Source of the DNA: an uncultured delta proteobacterium
GTDB lineage: Bacteria; Myxococcota; UBA727; VGSZ01
Length of the DNA: 64,000 bases
Reading direction: 5' to 3'
Assembly (NCBI GenBank): GCA_963775425.1
Contig: CAVZJB010000008.1
Location: 1-64,000 of the forward strand
Numbering within the stretch: position 1 is the stretch's first letter; each line of letters starts with the position of its first letter. A model generated the notes under the pieces. The model saw only the letters and a program-made list of their open reading frames with translations, made no database searches and was not told the origin of the DNA. This document shows positions 1 to 8,695 of the stretch, piece after piece. The position numbers and the translations under genes were made by a program.

Positions 1-39
1 CTTGCAAAGCTCGCGCTCTCCCAGCTGAGCTACGACCCC
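1..39 (-). tRNA. tRNA-Ala(UGC), 5' half only (runs off the window edge)
   Basis: Reverse complement reads GGGGTCG-TA-GCTC-AGCTGGGA-GAGC-G-CGAGC-TT-TGC-AA-G: acceptor 5' strand, D arm and an anticodon loop with TGC. Confidence 0.9.
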
Positions 40-50
40 ACAACGGGATC

Positions 51-79
51 AAGGTAGCGGAGGGAATTCGGGTGCGCAA
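51..79 (-). promoter_or_regulatory. Putative sigma70 promoter of tRNA-Ala
   Basis: Minus strand TTGCGC-N17-TACCTT just upstream of the tRNA 5' end. Confidence 0.55.
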
Positions 80-242
80 CGAGGGGAGCTGCCGGCGGAG
101 TGTGGTGCGGCTGGCTCCAACGTCTCGGCTGGATGCGGCCGCCGCGGCCTGGCGGGCACCATGGCCGGGCGCTCTCGCGTCGATGGGCGAGGAGGCGAAG
201 GCCGACATTCGAACCGCGTCGTCGGCGGGTGGCGCCGGCGGG

Positions 243-286
243 CTCTTTCGCGGTTGCCGAGTCTTCGAGGCAAGCCGCGAAAGAGA
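243..286. terminator. Inverted repeat downstream of the glycosyltransferase (terminator or REP-like)
   Basis: ctctttcgcgg-ttgcc ... ggcaa-g-ccgcgaaagag hairpin. Confidence 0.4.
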
Positions 287-333
287 CGCCGGTGACAGGA
301 CCCGCTCGACGGCAAGCGCCCGAGGGACGCGGG

Positions 334-1563
334 TCACGCCCTGGCACCCATACGCTCGAGCAAGTCGACGCTCGCCGCGACCGGGTCGGTGGCGTTGAGC
401 TCGTCGGCAAAGCCGCGGGCCCGCTCGCGCAGGGCGTCGTCGGAGACCGCGCGCCGCAGGGCGTCGCCGAGCTTGGCTGCGGTGAGCTCACGCCGGCGAA
501 TGGTCCCGGCGCTCACCCCGCGCAACGACAGGCGATGAGCCCAGTAGGGCTGATCGAGGAAGTGCGGCACCACCACCTGCGGCGCCCCCGCGCGCGACGC
601 CGCGGCGGTGGTTCCGGCGCCGCCGTGGTGCACGACGGCCGACATGCGCGGGAACAGGGACCCGTGCGAAGCCGCGGGCACCACGAGCACGCGCTCGGTG
701 CTCTCCGCTTTGCCGAGCATCACCGCGCGGACGCCGGCGGCGGCTGCGGCGGCGTCGACGAGGGCGACGGTGGCGGCGGCGTCGTGGTCGGGCATGGAGC
801 CGAAGCCGACGTAGACGCAGCGGTCATCGTCGACGAAGGCGGAGAGCGCGGGGTCCAACGGCTGCGGCGCGGGCTGGAGCGCGCCGACCTGGTGAACGCG
901 TCGAGGAGTCACGCCGTGGCGTCGCCAGCTCTCCACGAGATCGGTGGGCGCGGGGGCGATGGCGGCGTCGTAGGCGAGCATCAGGTCGTCGGGGACGACG
1001 TCGACGATGCTCGTGTGCGGCGCGAGGCCGAGCGCGCGCCGCTCCCGGTTGAGCGGGCGCAGCATGATGCGGCTCAGGAACGACTGCGTGACGTTGTGGA
1101 AGGCGCGGTTGGCGAGCCTGGGGAGGCGCTGGAGCGGGACGACGATGGGCGGGTGCTCGTCGGAGGGGAGCAGGTGCGGCGAGTAGTGCACATAGGCGGC
1201 GGCCGCGCCGCTCACTTCAGCGGCGGTGCGCGCGAGGAGGTGCAGGCCGGCGCTGACGATGACGTTCGCCCCCGCGGCCGCTTCGATCATGAGCGGTGTC
1301 GCGAGGTGGAGGTCCTCCTCGACGAGCTCGCGGAACGCGCCGAAGATCCGGGTGACACCCACGGTGGCGGCGTCGAACCTCTGGAGCCAGGCCATGACGT
1401 CGCGGCCGCTCGGCACGAAGGTCACGCGCGAGTCGAGGAGCGAGCGCCCCTCGGGCGGGCCGAGGAGCACGACGTCGTGCCCCCGGTCGACGAGCGCGCC
1501 CGCGAGGACGGCGATGGGTTGGACGTCGCCCCGGGAGCCCACCGTCGCGAGCACGACCTTCAT
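334..1563 (-). CDS. GT1-family glycosyltransferase (GT28 N-terminal / sterol-glucosyltransferase-like)
   Basis: N-terminal GSRGDVQP, VYVGFGSM and HHGGAGTT...PHFLDQPYWA sugar-nucleotide-binding motifs. Confidence 0.9.
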   Translation of the reverse strand: MKVVLATVGSRGDVQPIAVLAGALVDRGHDVVLLGPPEGRSLLDSRVTFVPSGRDVMAWLQRFDAATVGVTRIFGAFRELVEEDLHLATPLMIEAAAGANVIVSAGLHLLARTAAEVSGAAAAYVHYSPHLLPSDEHPPIVVPLQRLPRLANRAFHNVTQSFLSRIMLRPLNRERRALGLAPHTSIVDVVPDDLMLAYDAAIAPAPTDLVESWRRHGVTPRRVHQVGALQPAPQPLDPALSAFVDDDRCVYVGFGSMPDHDAAATVALVDAAAAAAGVRAVMLGKAESTERVLVVPAASHGSLFPRMSAVVHHGGAGTTAAASRAGAPQVVVPHFLDQPYWAHRLSLRGVSAGTIRRRELTAAKLGDALRRAVSDDALRERARGFADELNATDPVAASVDLLERMGARA

Positions 1564-1573
1564 CGTGTCGACT

Positions 1574-2824
1574 CTACTCCGAGCGAAGCGCGACGACCGG
1601 GTCGAGCTTTGCGGCTCTCAAGGCAGGGAACAGTCCGAAGAGCACCCCCGTAAACACCGCCATCCCGAGGGCCAGCGCCACCGCCCACGGCTCGACGACG
1701 AACCTCCACGGCGCGAGCACATGGGTGAGCACGACGGACAGGAGGAAGGTGAACCCGACGCCGCCAAGCACACCCAGGAGTCCGCCGGCGCCCGCCAAGG
1801 CCGCGGCCTCGACGATGAACTGCTTGGAAATCTCCCCGGGCGTCGCGCCGATGGCGCGGCGAAGGCCGATCTCATGCGTTCGCTCGGTGACGGTCACGAG
1901 CATGATGTTCATGATGTTGATGCCGCCCACGAAGAGCGCGACCACGCCCGTGCCGAACAAGAGAATCTCGATGATGCGCAGGATGAGATCCTCCTGGCTC
2001 TTGCCGCGCGCGTCGCTCTCGAGCTCGAAGTTCTTCACGCCGTTGTGACGGCGAAGGATGGTCTGCTCGACGACGTCGGTGAGCTGGCGCGCCTTGGCCA
2101 CGAGCGTGGCCGAGTCCTTGAGCCGCACGTAGACGCTCGGCACCCGGTGGTTCGCGCCGCCGAAGACCGCGCCGTAGGTGGTCGCCGGGATCATCACGCG
2201 GCGGTTCCACATCCAGGTGCCGTTGCCGTGTCCCATGGTGGGCTTGTGCGCGAGCACGCCGACGACATCGAAGACCGTGCCGTCGATGGTGATGTGCACG
2301 CCGGGCCCGAGCGCGTGCTTCTCCAGGAGCTCCGTCCACATCTCCTGGCCGATGACACACACGCGCCGCCGCTCCTGAAAGTCGTCGCGCGTGAAGTAGC
2401 GGCCCTGTTCGACCGAGATGCGATACAGCGACAGCGAGTCCGTCTCGCCCGCGAACATCGTGGTGCGCTTCTCCTTGGTGCCGAAGAGCGCCTTGGTGTG
2501 GCGCCACGCGGCAGCGTTCACCTGCGCGCCCTGGAGGAGCGAGCTCTGCGAGAGCGCGATCGCGTCGTAGCTCGACAGGTCGCGGGTGGTGCGATGGGCG
2601 TCCTTGCGCGGCGGCGACGACGAGCGCACCTCGATGAGGTCCTCCTCGTTGGCGTGTTGGGACAAGCGAACGAGCGCCTCCTCGCCCGCCGTCAGAAGCC
2701 CCGCGAGCAGCACCATGGAGCCGGCGCCGATCATGATGCCGAGCAGCGTGAGCGCCACGCGCAGGCGGCTGCGCGAGAAGGTGTGGCGCACGGAGCGAAC
2801 CAGGTCGACGGAACGCATGGCCAT
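1574..2824 (-). CDS. ABC transporter permease, MacB/FtsX family
   Basis: RLRVALTLLGIMIG, periplasmic domain, VGGINIMNIMLVTVTERTHEIGLRRAIGA, PALRAAKLDPVVALRSE. Confidence 0.93.
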   Translation of the reverse strand: MAMRSVDLVRSVRHTFSRSRLRVALTLLGIMIGAGSMVLLAGLLTAGEEALVRLSQHANEEDLIEVRSSSPPRKDAHRTTRDLSSYDAIALSQSSLLQGAQVNAAAWRHTKALFGTKEKRTTMFAGETDSLSLYRISVEQGRYFTRDDFQERRRVCVIGQEMWTELLEKHALGPGVHITIDGTVFDVVGVLAHKPTMGHGNGTWMWNRRVMIPATTYGAVFGGANHRVPSVYVRLKDSATLVAKARQLTDVVEQTILRRHNGVKNFELESDARGKSQEDLILRIIEILLFGTGVVALFVGGINIMNIMLVTVTERTHEIGLRRAIGATPGEISKQFIVEAAALAGAGGLLGVLGGVGFTFLLSVVLTHVLAPWRFVVEPWAVALALGMAVFTGVLFGLFPALRAAKLDPVVALRSE

Positions 2825-2827
2825 CGC

Positions 2828-4066
2828 TCACCGCCTCATCGCGTCGACGGCGTCGAGCCGCGAGGCCCGCCGCGCAGGAACGAAACCGAAGCCCACGCCC
2901 ACGCCCAAAGACACGAGCAGCGCGATGACGACGGCGGGGACGCTGACGGTCCCCGCCCACGCGTCCTGCAGGTGGTGGATGACGACGTTGGCGGCGCAGG
3001 CGAGGCCGACGCCGCTGCCGACGCCGAGGACGCCGCCGAGCGAAGACAGGAACATGGCCTCGAACAGGAACTGGATCTGGATGGCGTTGGGCGAGGCGCC
3101 GAGCGCCTTGCGGATACCGATCTCCTTGGTGCGCTCGGAGACCGAGACGAACATCATGTTCATCACGCCCACGCCGCCGACGAGCAGCGAGATGCTCGCG
3201 ACGAAGCCGACGATGAGCTTCAGGATCAAGAAGATGGTCTCGAACTGCTTCATGATCCCGGCGAAGTCCCAGATCTCGAAGTCGTCGACGCCGTGGTGCC
3301 GCTCGCTGAGGATGGCGTTGGCCACGCGCTTGACGATGTCGTTGTGGGCCACGGCGTCGGTCTTGACCACGAGGATGGTCTGCGTCTCCGCCGCGCGGTC
3401 GATGTCGCGCAGGGTCTCGAGCGGCATGACGATGAAGTTCTCCCAGGAGAACCCGAAGTTCATGCCCACGCGCCCGAGCTTCTTGGTCTGGCCCACGATC
3501 AGGCAGCGCACGCCCATGACGTTCACGCGCTTGCCCACGGCGTCGCCGTCGAAGAGCTCGTGGGCCACCGTGGGCCCGACGACGCAGACGTTGGCGCGGG
3601 TGTGGTTCTCGTCATCGGTGAAGGCGCGGCCCTTGTCGATGTGCATGCGAAACGCCGAGAGGAACGCGGTGTCGGCGGCGACGACGTCGGCGTTGGTGGT
3701 CTTGCCGGTCTCGCTAGCGATCTCCTTTTCGTCGAGCCCGGCGAACCACGTCTGCTCGGCGACGTGCGGCAGGGCGGCGGCCAGCGCCTCGCGGTCGGCC
3801 TTCTCGAGGTAGCCCGGCGCCAGCGACGCCTTGTCCTTCATGCGCTCGGGGTTGTCGGGCGTGACCAGCAGGAGCCGCGCGCCGCCGAGGTCCTCGACGT
3901 CCTTGGCGATGGTCAAAAGCCCGCTGTCCGCCAGCGACGTCATCAACACGATGGACAACGCGCCGATGGTGATGCTCACCACCGTCAGGAGCGAACGCAG
4001 CTTGTGCGCCCGCAGCACCTTGGCGGCGATGCGCAGGTAGCTGCCGGCGAGCAGGAGGCTCGTCAA
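2828..4066 (-). CDS. ABC transporter permease, MacB/FtsX family
   Basis: HKLRSLLTVVSITIG, VGGVGVMNMMFVSVSERTKEIGIRKALGA, PARRASRLD. Confidence 0.93.
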   Translation of the reverse strand: MTSLLLAGSYLRIAAKVLRAHKLRSLLTVVSITIGALSIVLMTSLADSGLLTIAKDVEDLGGARLLLVTPDNPERMKDKASLAPGYLEKADREALAAALPHVAEQTWFAGLDEKEIASETGKTTNADVVAADTAFLSAFRMHIDKGRAFTDDENHTRANVCVVGPTVAHELFDGDAVGKRVNVMGVRCLIVGQTKKLGRVGMNFGFSWENFIVMPLETLRDIDRAAETQTILVVKTDAVAHNDIVKRVANAILSERHHGVDDFEIWDFAGIMKQFETIFLILKLIVGFVASISLLVGGVGVMNMMFVSVSERTKEIGIRKALGASPNAIQIQFLFEAMFLSSLGGVLGVGSGVGLACAANVVIHHLQDAWAGTVSVPAVVIALLVSLGVGVGFGFVPARRASRLDAVDAMRR

Positions 4067-5178
4067 AGCTTGGCCTCGTTGTCCTTGGAGGACGCGGGGT
4101 CGATGACGACCTGATCGCCTTCCTTGATGCCGTCGAGGATCTCAATCTCGCGGTCGTTGCTCTTGCCGGTCTTGACGTCGACCTTCTCGGTGGACTTCAC
4201 GCCGTCGCCGGCGGTGAGCACGCGCTTGAGCTGGGTCTTGCCGTCTTCCTTGATGACCGCCTCGATGGGGACGAGCAGCACCTTCGGGCGCGTCTCGACG
4301 AGGATGCGCACGTCGGCGGTCATGCCCGACTTGATGACGCCCTCGTGGTTCTCGAGCGCGCACTCGACGGGGAACACCTCGGCGTCGCGGCCCTCGGCCT
4401 TCACGGCGGCCGGCGCGATCTTGGTGACCACGGCGGTGAAGGCCTGGTCGGGCAGCGCGTCGAGCGTGAGCTTGGCGGTCTGGCCGAGCGAGACGCGCGC
4501 GACGTCGATCTGGTTGAGCTCCACCTTGGCGATGAGCGTGGACAGGTCGGCCACCGTCAACAGCGGCTTGCCCTCGAACGTGGCCTGCACGCCCGGGGTC
4601 ACCACCTCGCCGGGCTCGATGCCGCGGGCGATGATGGTGCCGGCCATGGGCGAGCGGATCTCGCAGCTCTTCAAGCGGTCGCGCGCGGCGTTGACCGCGA
4701 CCTCGGCGATGCGCACCGAGGCCTTGCGCATGTCCACCTCGTTCTGCGCCACCTCGACGTCCGCGGCGGCGACGGCGCGGTCGGCGAGGCCGGCCTGCTT
4801 GCGCGCAAGGGTGAGCTCCGCGAACTTCTCGGCCTGCTTGGCCTGCGCAAGCTCGGCGTCGGCGCGGGCGGCCTCGCGCGCGTAGTCGACGGGGTCGAGC
4901 TTCAACAGGAGCTGGCCCTTGTCGACGTGCTCGCCCTCGTCGACGAGCACCTCGAGCACCTGGCCGGCGACCTTGGACTTGATGTCCACCTTCTCGCGCG
5001 GCCCGATGGTGCCGGTGTCGATGACCTCGACGGCGAGGTCCTTGCGCTCCACCTTGGTGAGCAGCTTCTTGTCGATGTCCTCGCCGCCGCCGCCCTTGAG
5101 CTTGAACCCAATCCCGCCCGCGGCCGCGAGCACCACGAGCAACAACAGGGCCGGCTTGAGATAACTGCGCTTCTTCAC
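4063..5178 (-). CDS. Efflux periplasmic adaptor (MacA/HlyD-type membrane fusion protein)
   Basis: N-terminal TM helix, lipoyl half-motifs (SKVAGQVLEVLVDEGEHVDKGQLL; IRSPMAGTI), coiled hairpin, GMTADVRI. Confidence 0.92.
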   Translation of the reverse strand: MKKRSYLKPALLLLVVLAAAGGIGFKLKGGGGEDIDKKLLTKVERKDLAVEVIDTGTIGPREKVDIKSKVAGQVLEVLVDEGEHVDKGQLLLKLDPVDYAREAARADAELAQAKQAEKFAELTLARKQAGLADRAVAAADVEVAQNEVDMRKASVRIAEVAVNAARDRLKSCEIRSPMAGTIIARGIEPGEVVTPGVQATFEGKPLLTVADLSTLIAKVELNQIDVARVSLGQTAKLTLDALPDQAFTAVVTKIAPAAVKAEGRDAEVFPVECALENHEGVIKSGMTADVRILVETRPKVLLVPIEAVIKEDGKTQLKRVLTAGDGVKSTEKVDVKTGKSNDREIEILDGIKEGDQVVIDPASSKDNEAKL

Positions 5179-5225
5179 GGGGTCTCCTGAGCGAAACGAA
5201 TCGAGGCGGGGGACGAGCCCCCGCC

Positions 5226-6674
5226 CTACGGCGAGGGGTTCGTCGACGACGGCGACGGCGAGGGGTTCGTCGACGACGGCGACGGCGAGGGGTTCGTCGA
5301 CGACGGCGACGGCGAGGGGTTCGTCGACGACGGCGCGCCCCCCAACGAGGACGCGGAGGCGCCGACGGCGGCGTCGAGCTCGATGTGGGCGAGGGCGAGC
5401 TGGGCGTCGAGGTCCACGATCTGGCGCTCGGCGTCGGCGAGCGTGACCTGGGCGTCGAGGAGCTCGGTGAGGAGCACCTCGCCGCGCTCGTAGGCGTGCT
5501 GGAGGATGACGACGTCGTCGGCGTCGATGGCCCTAGCCCTGGCGATGGCCGCGCGCTGCTCGCGCAAGCTCACGAGCTTGGCGTAGGCGACGCGCACGCC
5601 GCCCTCGACGTCGCGCCGGAGCGCCCGCAGCTCCTCGTCGGCGAGGCGCCGGCGGTGGGCCGCGTCCTCGACGGCGTGGGTGGTCGCCCACGTGTCGAAC
5701 AGGTTCATCGAGAGCGTCACGCCGGCTTGCACGTCGCCGGAGGAGCCGAAGAACGGCACCGCGGCCCCGGCCACCGCGCGGTTGCCGGCGCCGGCGACGA
5801 CGGGGTTGTTGCCGACCTGCATCAGGACGCCCGCGCCGAGCTGCGGCCAGAAGCCGGACTGCGCCGCGCGCTTCTCCTCGTCGACCGCGGCGCCGCGCAG
5901 CTCGGCGGCCTTGAGCTCCGGCCGCGCGTCGAGCGCCTCCTGCACGAGCGCGTCGACGTCGGCGTCGCCGGGGGCGGCGGTGGGCGCGGGGGGATCGTCG
6001 ACCAGCACCACGGGCTCGTCGATGCCGAGCACCGAAGCGAGCTGGACGCCGGCGGCGCGCCGCTCGCTCGCGAGGCTCGCGCGCTCGACGTCGAGCTGCG
6101 CCCGCCGCGACGCCGCGCGATTCTTGTCGAGCCCGGCGGCGAGCCCCGCGTTCACGCGCGCGATCACGATGCGCTCGCTCTCCTCCAGCCGCGCCTCGGA
6201 CGTCTTCTGCGCGTCCTGCAGGAGCGCGAGCCGCCGCTCGCTCCAATACGCGCGCGCCACGGCGAGCGCGACGTCGCGCCGCGCCCTGTCGACGTCGAAC
6301 GTCGCGGCGTTTTCGAGCTTCTCCGCGCGCGCGATGTCGGACTCCACGCGAAAGCCCGAGAAGATCGGTACGTCCACGCTGCCCTGCACGTTGGCGAGGC
6401 CGAGCACCCCGCTCTTCCACGCGAACGTGTCGGCGAAGAACGGCGTGGACGCGCCTGCGTAGAGCTCCTGCACGCTGGCGTCGACCGAGACGTGGACGCG
6501 CTCGAGGTTGGCGAGCAGCGTCTGCAGCCGCGCGCGCTCGACGTCGACGTTGGCGCGGGCGACGCCGGGGTCGCTCCGGAGCGCGATCTCGGTGGCCTCG
6601 CGCAGCGTCAACGGGCGCGGGCTCGCGCCGGCGAGCGCGGCGGCGGCGACGAAGGGGACGAGCGCGGCGATCAC
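5226..6674 (-). CDS. TolC-family outer membrane efflux protein with a Pro/Ser repeat tail
   Basis: Signal peptide, LTLREATEIAL, two OEP repeats (VARAYW; RPELKAA; YERGEVLLTELLDAQ); position within an efflux operon. Confidence 0.9.
   Translation of the reverse strand: MIAALVPFVAAAALAGASPRPLTLREATEIALRSDPGVARANVDVERARLQTLLANLERVHVSVDASVQELYAGASTPFFADTFAWKSGVLGLANVQGSVDVPIFSGFRVESDIARAEKLENAATFDVDRARRDVALAVARAYWSERRLALLQDAQKTSEARLEESERIVIARVNAGLAAGLDKNRAASRRAQLDVERASLASERRAAGVQLASVLGIDEPVVLVDDPPAPTAAPGDADVDALVQEALDARPELKAAELRGAAVDEEKRAAQSGFWPQLGAGVLMQVGNNPVVAGAGNRAVAGAAVPFFGSSGDVQAGVTLSMNLFDTWATTHAVEDAAHRRRLADEELRALRRDVEGGVRVAYAKLVSLREQRAAIARARAIDADDVVILQHAYERGEVLLTELLDAQVTLADAERQIVDLDAQLALAHIELDAAVGASASSLGGAPSSTNPSPSPSSTNPSPSPSSTNPSPSPSSTNPSP
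5229..5335 (-). repeat. 27-bp tandem repeat, about 4 copies, encoding (SPSSTNPSP)n at the TolC C-terminus
   Basis: Plus-strand unit cggcgaggggttcgtcgacgacggcga repeated in tandem. Confidence 0.9.
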
Positions 6675-7456
6675 GGGCTCTCCTGCGTCGCGAGGCCCGG
6701 CGTCCCCGACGGCGGCGTGAGCGCCTCCGAGGTGTCCCCGCCCGGCGCGGGGCGCCCCGTGACGCGCTTGCGCGCGCTGTTCTTCTCGTCCGAGACGACG
6801 TTTCCGTCCTTGAAGTGCACGACGCGCTCGGCGTAGCGCGCGATGTTCGGGTCATGGGTCACGAGCACGATGGTCATCCCCTGGTCGTGGAGCGCGCAGA
6901 ACAGCTCCATCACCTGCGCGGTGGTGGCGGAGTCGAGCGCGCCGGTGGGCTCGTCGGCGAGGAGGAGCAGCGGGTCGTTGACGAGGGCGCGCGCGATGGA
7001 GACGCGCTGCTGCTGGCCGCCCGACAGTTGCGTGGGCAGGTGCTCCACGCGGTCGCCGAGGCCGACGCGGTCGAGCGCGATGAGCGCCTTCTTCTTCCGC
7101 ACCGACGAGCGCTCGCCCGCGTAGACCATCGGGAGCTCGACGTTCTCGAGCGCCGTGTCCCGCGGCAACAGATGAAAGGACTGAAAGACGAAGCCGATCT
7201 TCTTGTTGCGCAGCTCGCTGAGCGCCACCTCGTCGTAGGACTCCACGGACTCGCCGTCGAGGACGTAGGTGCCTGCGTCGGGCCGGTCGAGCGTCCCGAT
7301 GACGTTCAGCATCGTGGACTTCCCCGATCCGGAGGCGCCCATGATGGCGACCATCTCGCCCTGGTCGACGGAGAGGGAGGCGCCGCGCAGGGCGTGCACC
7401 ACGCTCTCCCCGAGGTGATAGGTCTTTTCGATGCCGGTGAGCGCGATGAGGGTCAT
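6671..7456 (-). CDS. ABC transporter ATP-binding protein (MacB/LolD-type)
   Basis: Walker A GASGSGKS, signature LSGGQQQRV, Walker B LLLADEPTGALD, H-loop VTHD. Confidence 0.95.
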   Translation of the reverse strand: MTLIALTGIEKTYHLGESVVHALRGASLSVDQGEMVAIMGASGSGKSTMLNVIGTLDRPDAGTYVLDGESVESYDEVALSELRNKKIGFVFQSFHLLPRDTALENVELPMVYAGERSSVRKKKALIALDRVGLGDRVEHLPTQLSGGQQQRVSIARALVNDPLLLLADEPTGALDSATTAQVMELFCALHDQGMTIVLVTHDPNIARYAERVVHFKDGNVVSDEKNSARKRVTGRPAPGGDTSEALTPPSGTPGLATQESP

Positions 7457-7570
7457 GTGGTTCTCAAGGGGACGACGCGGGGTGAAGGGGGATCAGATGC
7501 ACCGGATCTGCGCGGACAGGTGACAACTCTCACGTTTCCCCCGTTCCAAAACTACGGCAGGCTTTGGAAC

Positions 7571-8524
7571 GTGCTCGCGCCCCGCCTGATTTCTCCGCTC
7601 TGCGCGCTCGTCGTCGCCCTCGGCGTCGCGAGCGTCCTCGCGTGCGCCGGCGGCCCGGCCGGCCAAGGCAGCGAAGGCGAAGGAGAGGGAGAGGGAGGCG
7701 GCGAAGGAGAAGGGGAGGGCGAAGGCGAGGGCGACGCCGTCTCCTTCGAATTCGAGCGCGCCGACGGCACCGCCATCGACGACGCGCTCCTCGACCTCGG
7801 CACCGTCGACGCCGGCTCCGCCGCGCTCGCCGTCGACCTCGCCATCAAGAACACCGGCGCCGCCGACTTCGCCATCCTCACCGACCCGCCGCTGCTCGTG
7901 GCCGGCCGCGACGCCGCGCGCTTCACGGTGACGACGCAGCCGGCGGACGTGGTGCCCGCGGGCCAGGCGGTGCCGTTCACGCTGCAATACGACCCGGCCT
8001 CGCCCGGGCAGCACGAGGGCAAGCTCCTGTTCGCCTACGGCGTGCGCACCGAAGACCGCGCGGTGCTCACGGTCGAGGCCGTGGCCCAGGGCGACGCCAA
8101 CTCGGGTGTCCACTACGCCATCTACGACGGCGCCTTCGCGGACCTCCCCGACTTCTCCACGCTCACGCCGGCGGAGACGGGCGTGTTGCCCACGTTCGAC
8201 ATCTCGCAGCGCGCAGGCACCGACAACTTTGCGTTCACGTTTGACGGTTTTGTCGTCGCCGACGCCGAGGGCAACTATGTGTTCTACACCACGTCGGACG
8301 ACGGCTCGCGCCTGTCCATCGACGGCGCGCTCGTCGTGGACAACGGCGGCAGTCACGCGGCGCAGGAGGTCTCGGGCGCCGTGGACCTCGGCGCGGGTCC
8401 GCACGCCATCCACCTCGAGTACTTCGAGGGCGGCGGCGGCGAGTCGCTCGTCGTCGAGTGGGAGGGCCCGGGGCTCGCGCGCGAGGAGGTCCCGGCCGAT
8501 CACCTGTTCCTGGAGAGCCCGTAG
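7571..8524 (+). CDS. Lipoprotein with a GE linker, an Ig-like (choice-of-anchor D/ASPM-like) domain and a C-terminal PA14 domain
   Basis: Probable GTG start at 7571 within ORF 6815..8524; lipobox VLAC; PA14 motifs FYTTSDDGSRLSIDGALVVDNGGSH and IHLEYFEGGG. Confidence 0.8.
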   Translation: MLAPRLISPLCALVVALGVASVLACAGGPAGQGSEGEGEGEGGGEGEGEGEGEGDAVSFEFERADGTAIDDALLDLGTVDAGSAALAVDLAIKNTGAADFAILTDPPLLVAGRDAARFTVTTQPADVVPAGQAVPFTLQYDPASPGQHEGKLLFAYGVRTEDRAVLTVEAVAQGDANSGVHYAIYDGAFADLPDFSTLTPAETGVLPTFDISQRAGTDNFAFTFDGFVVADAEGNYVFYTTSDDGSRLSIDGALVVDNGGSHAAQEVSGAVDLGAGPHAIHLEYFEGGGGESLVVEWEGPGLAREEVPADHLFLESP

Positions 8525-8695
8525 CGCGGGGCGGCGGCCGCCGATCGCAGCCGCCGCCCCACGACGACGAGCGCGACGACGAGGTCGCGCGCGACGGCGA
8601 GGAGGACGAGAGCCGGATGACCATGACGCCATCGTCGCCGCCGGCAAGCGACTACCCGTGAATCGAACCGGAGCGCCCGTCGACGCTCGGCTTGT

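Noticed and set aside
5229-5335. 27-bp repeats as a CRISPR array
   Set aside because: Tandem with no unique spacers, in frame in the TolC tail, and no cas genes
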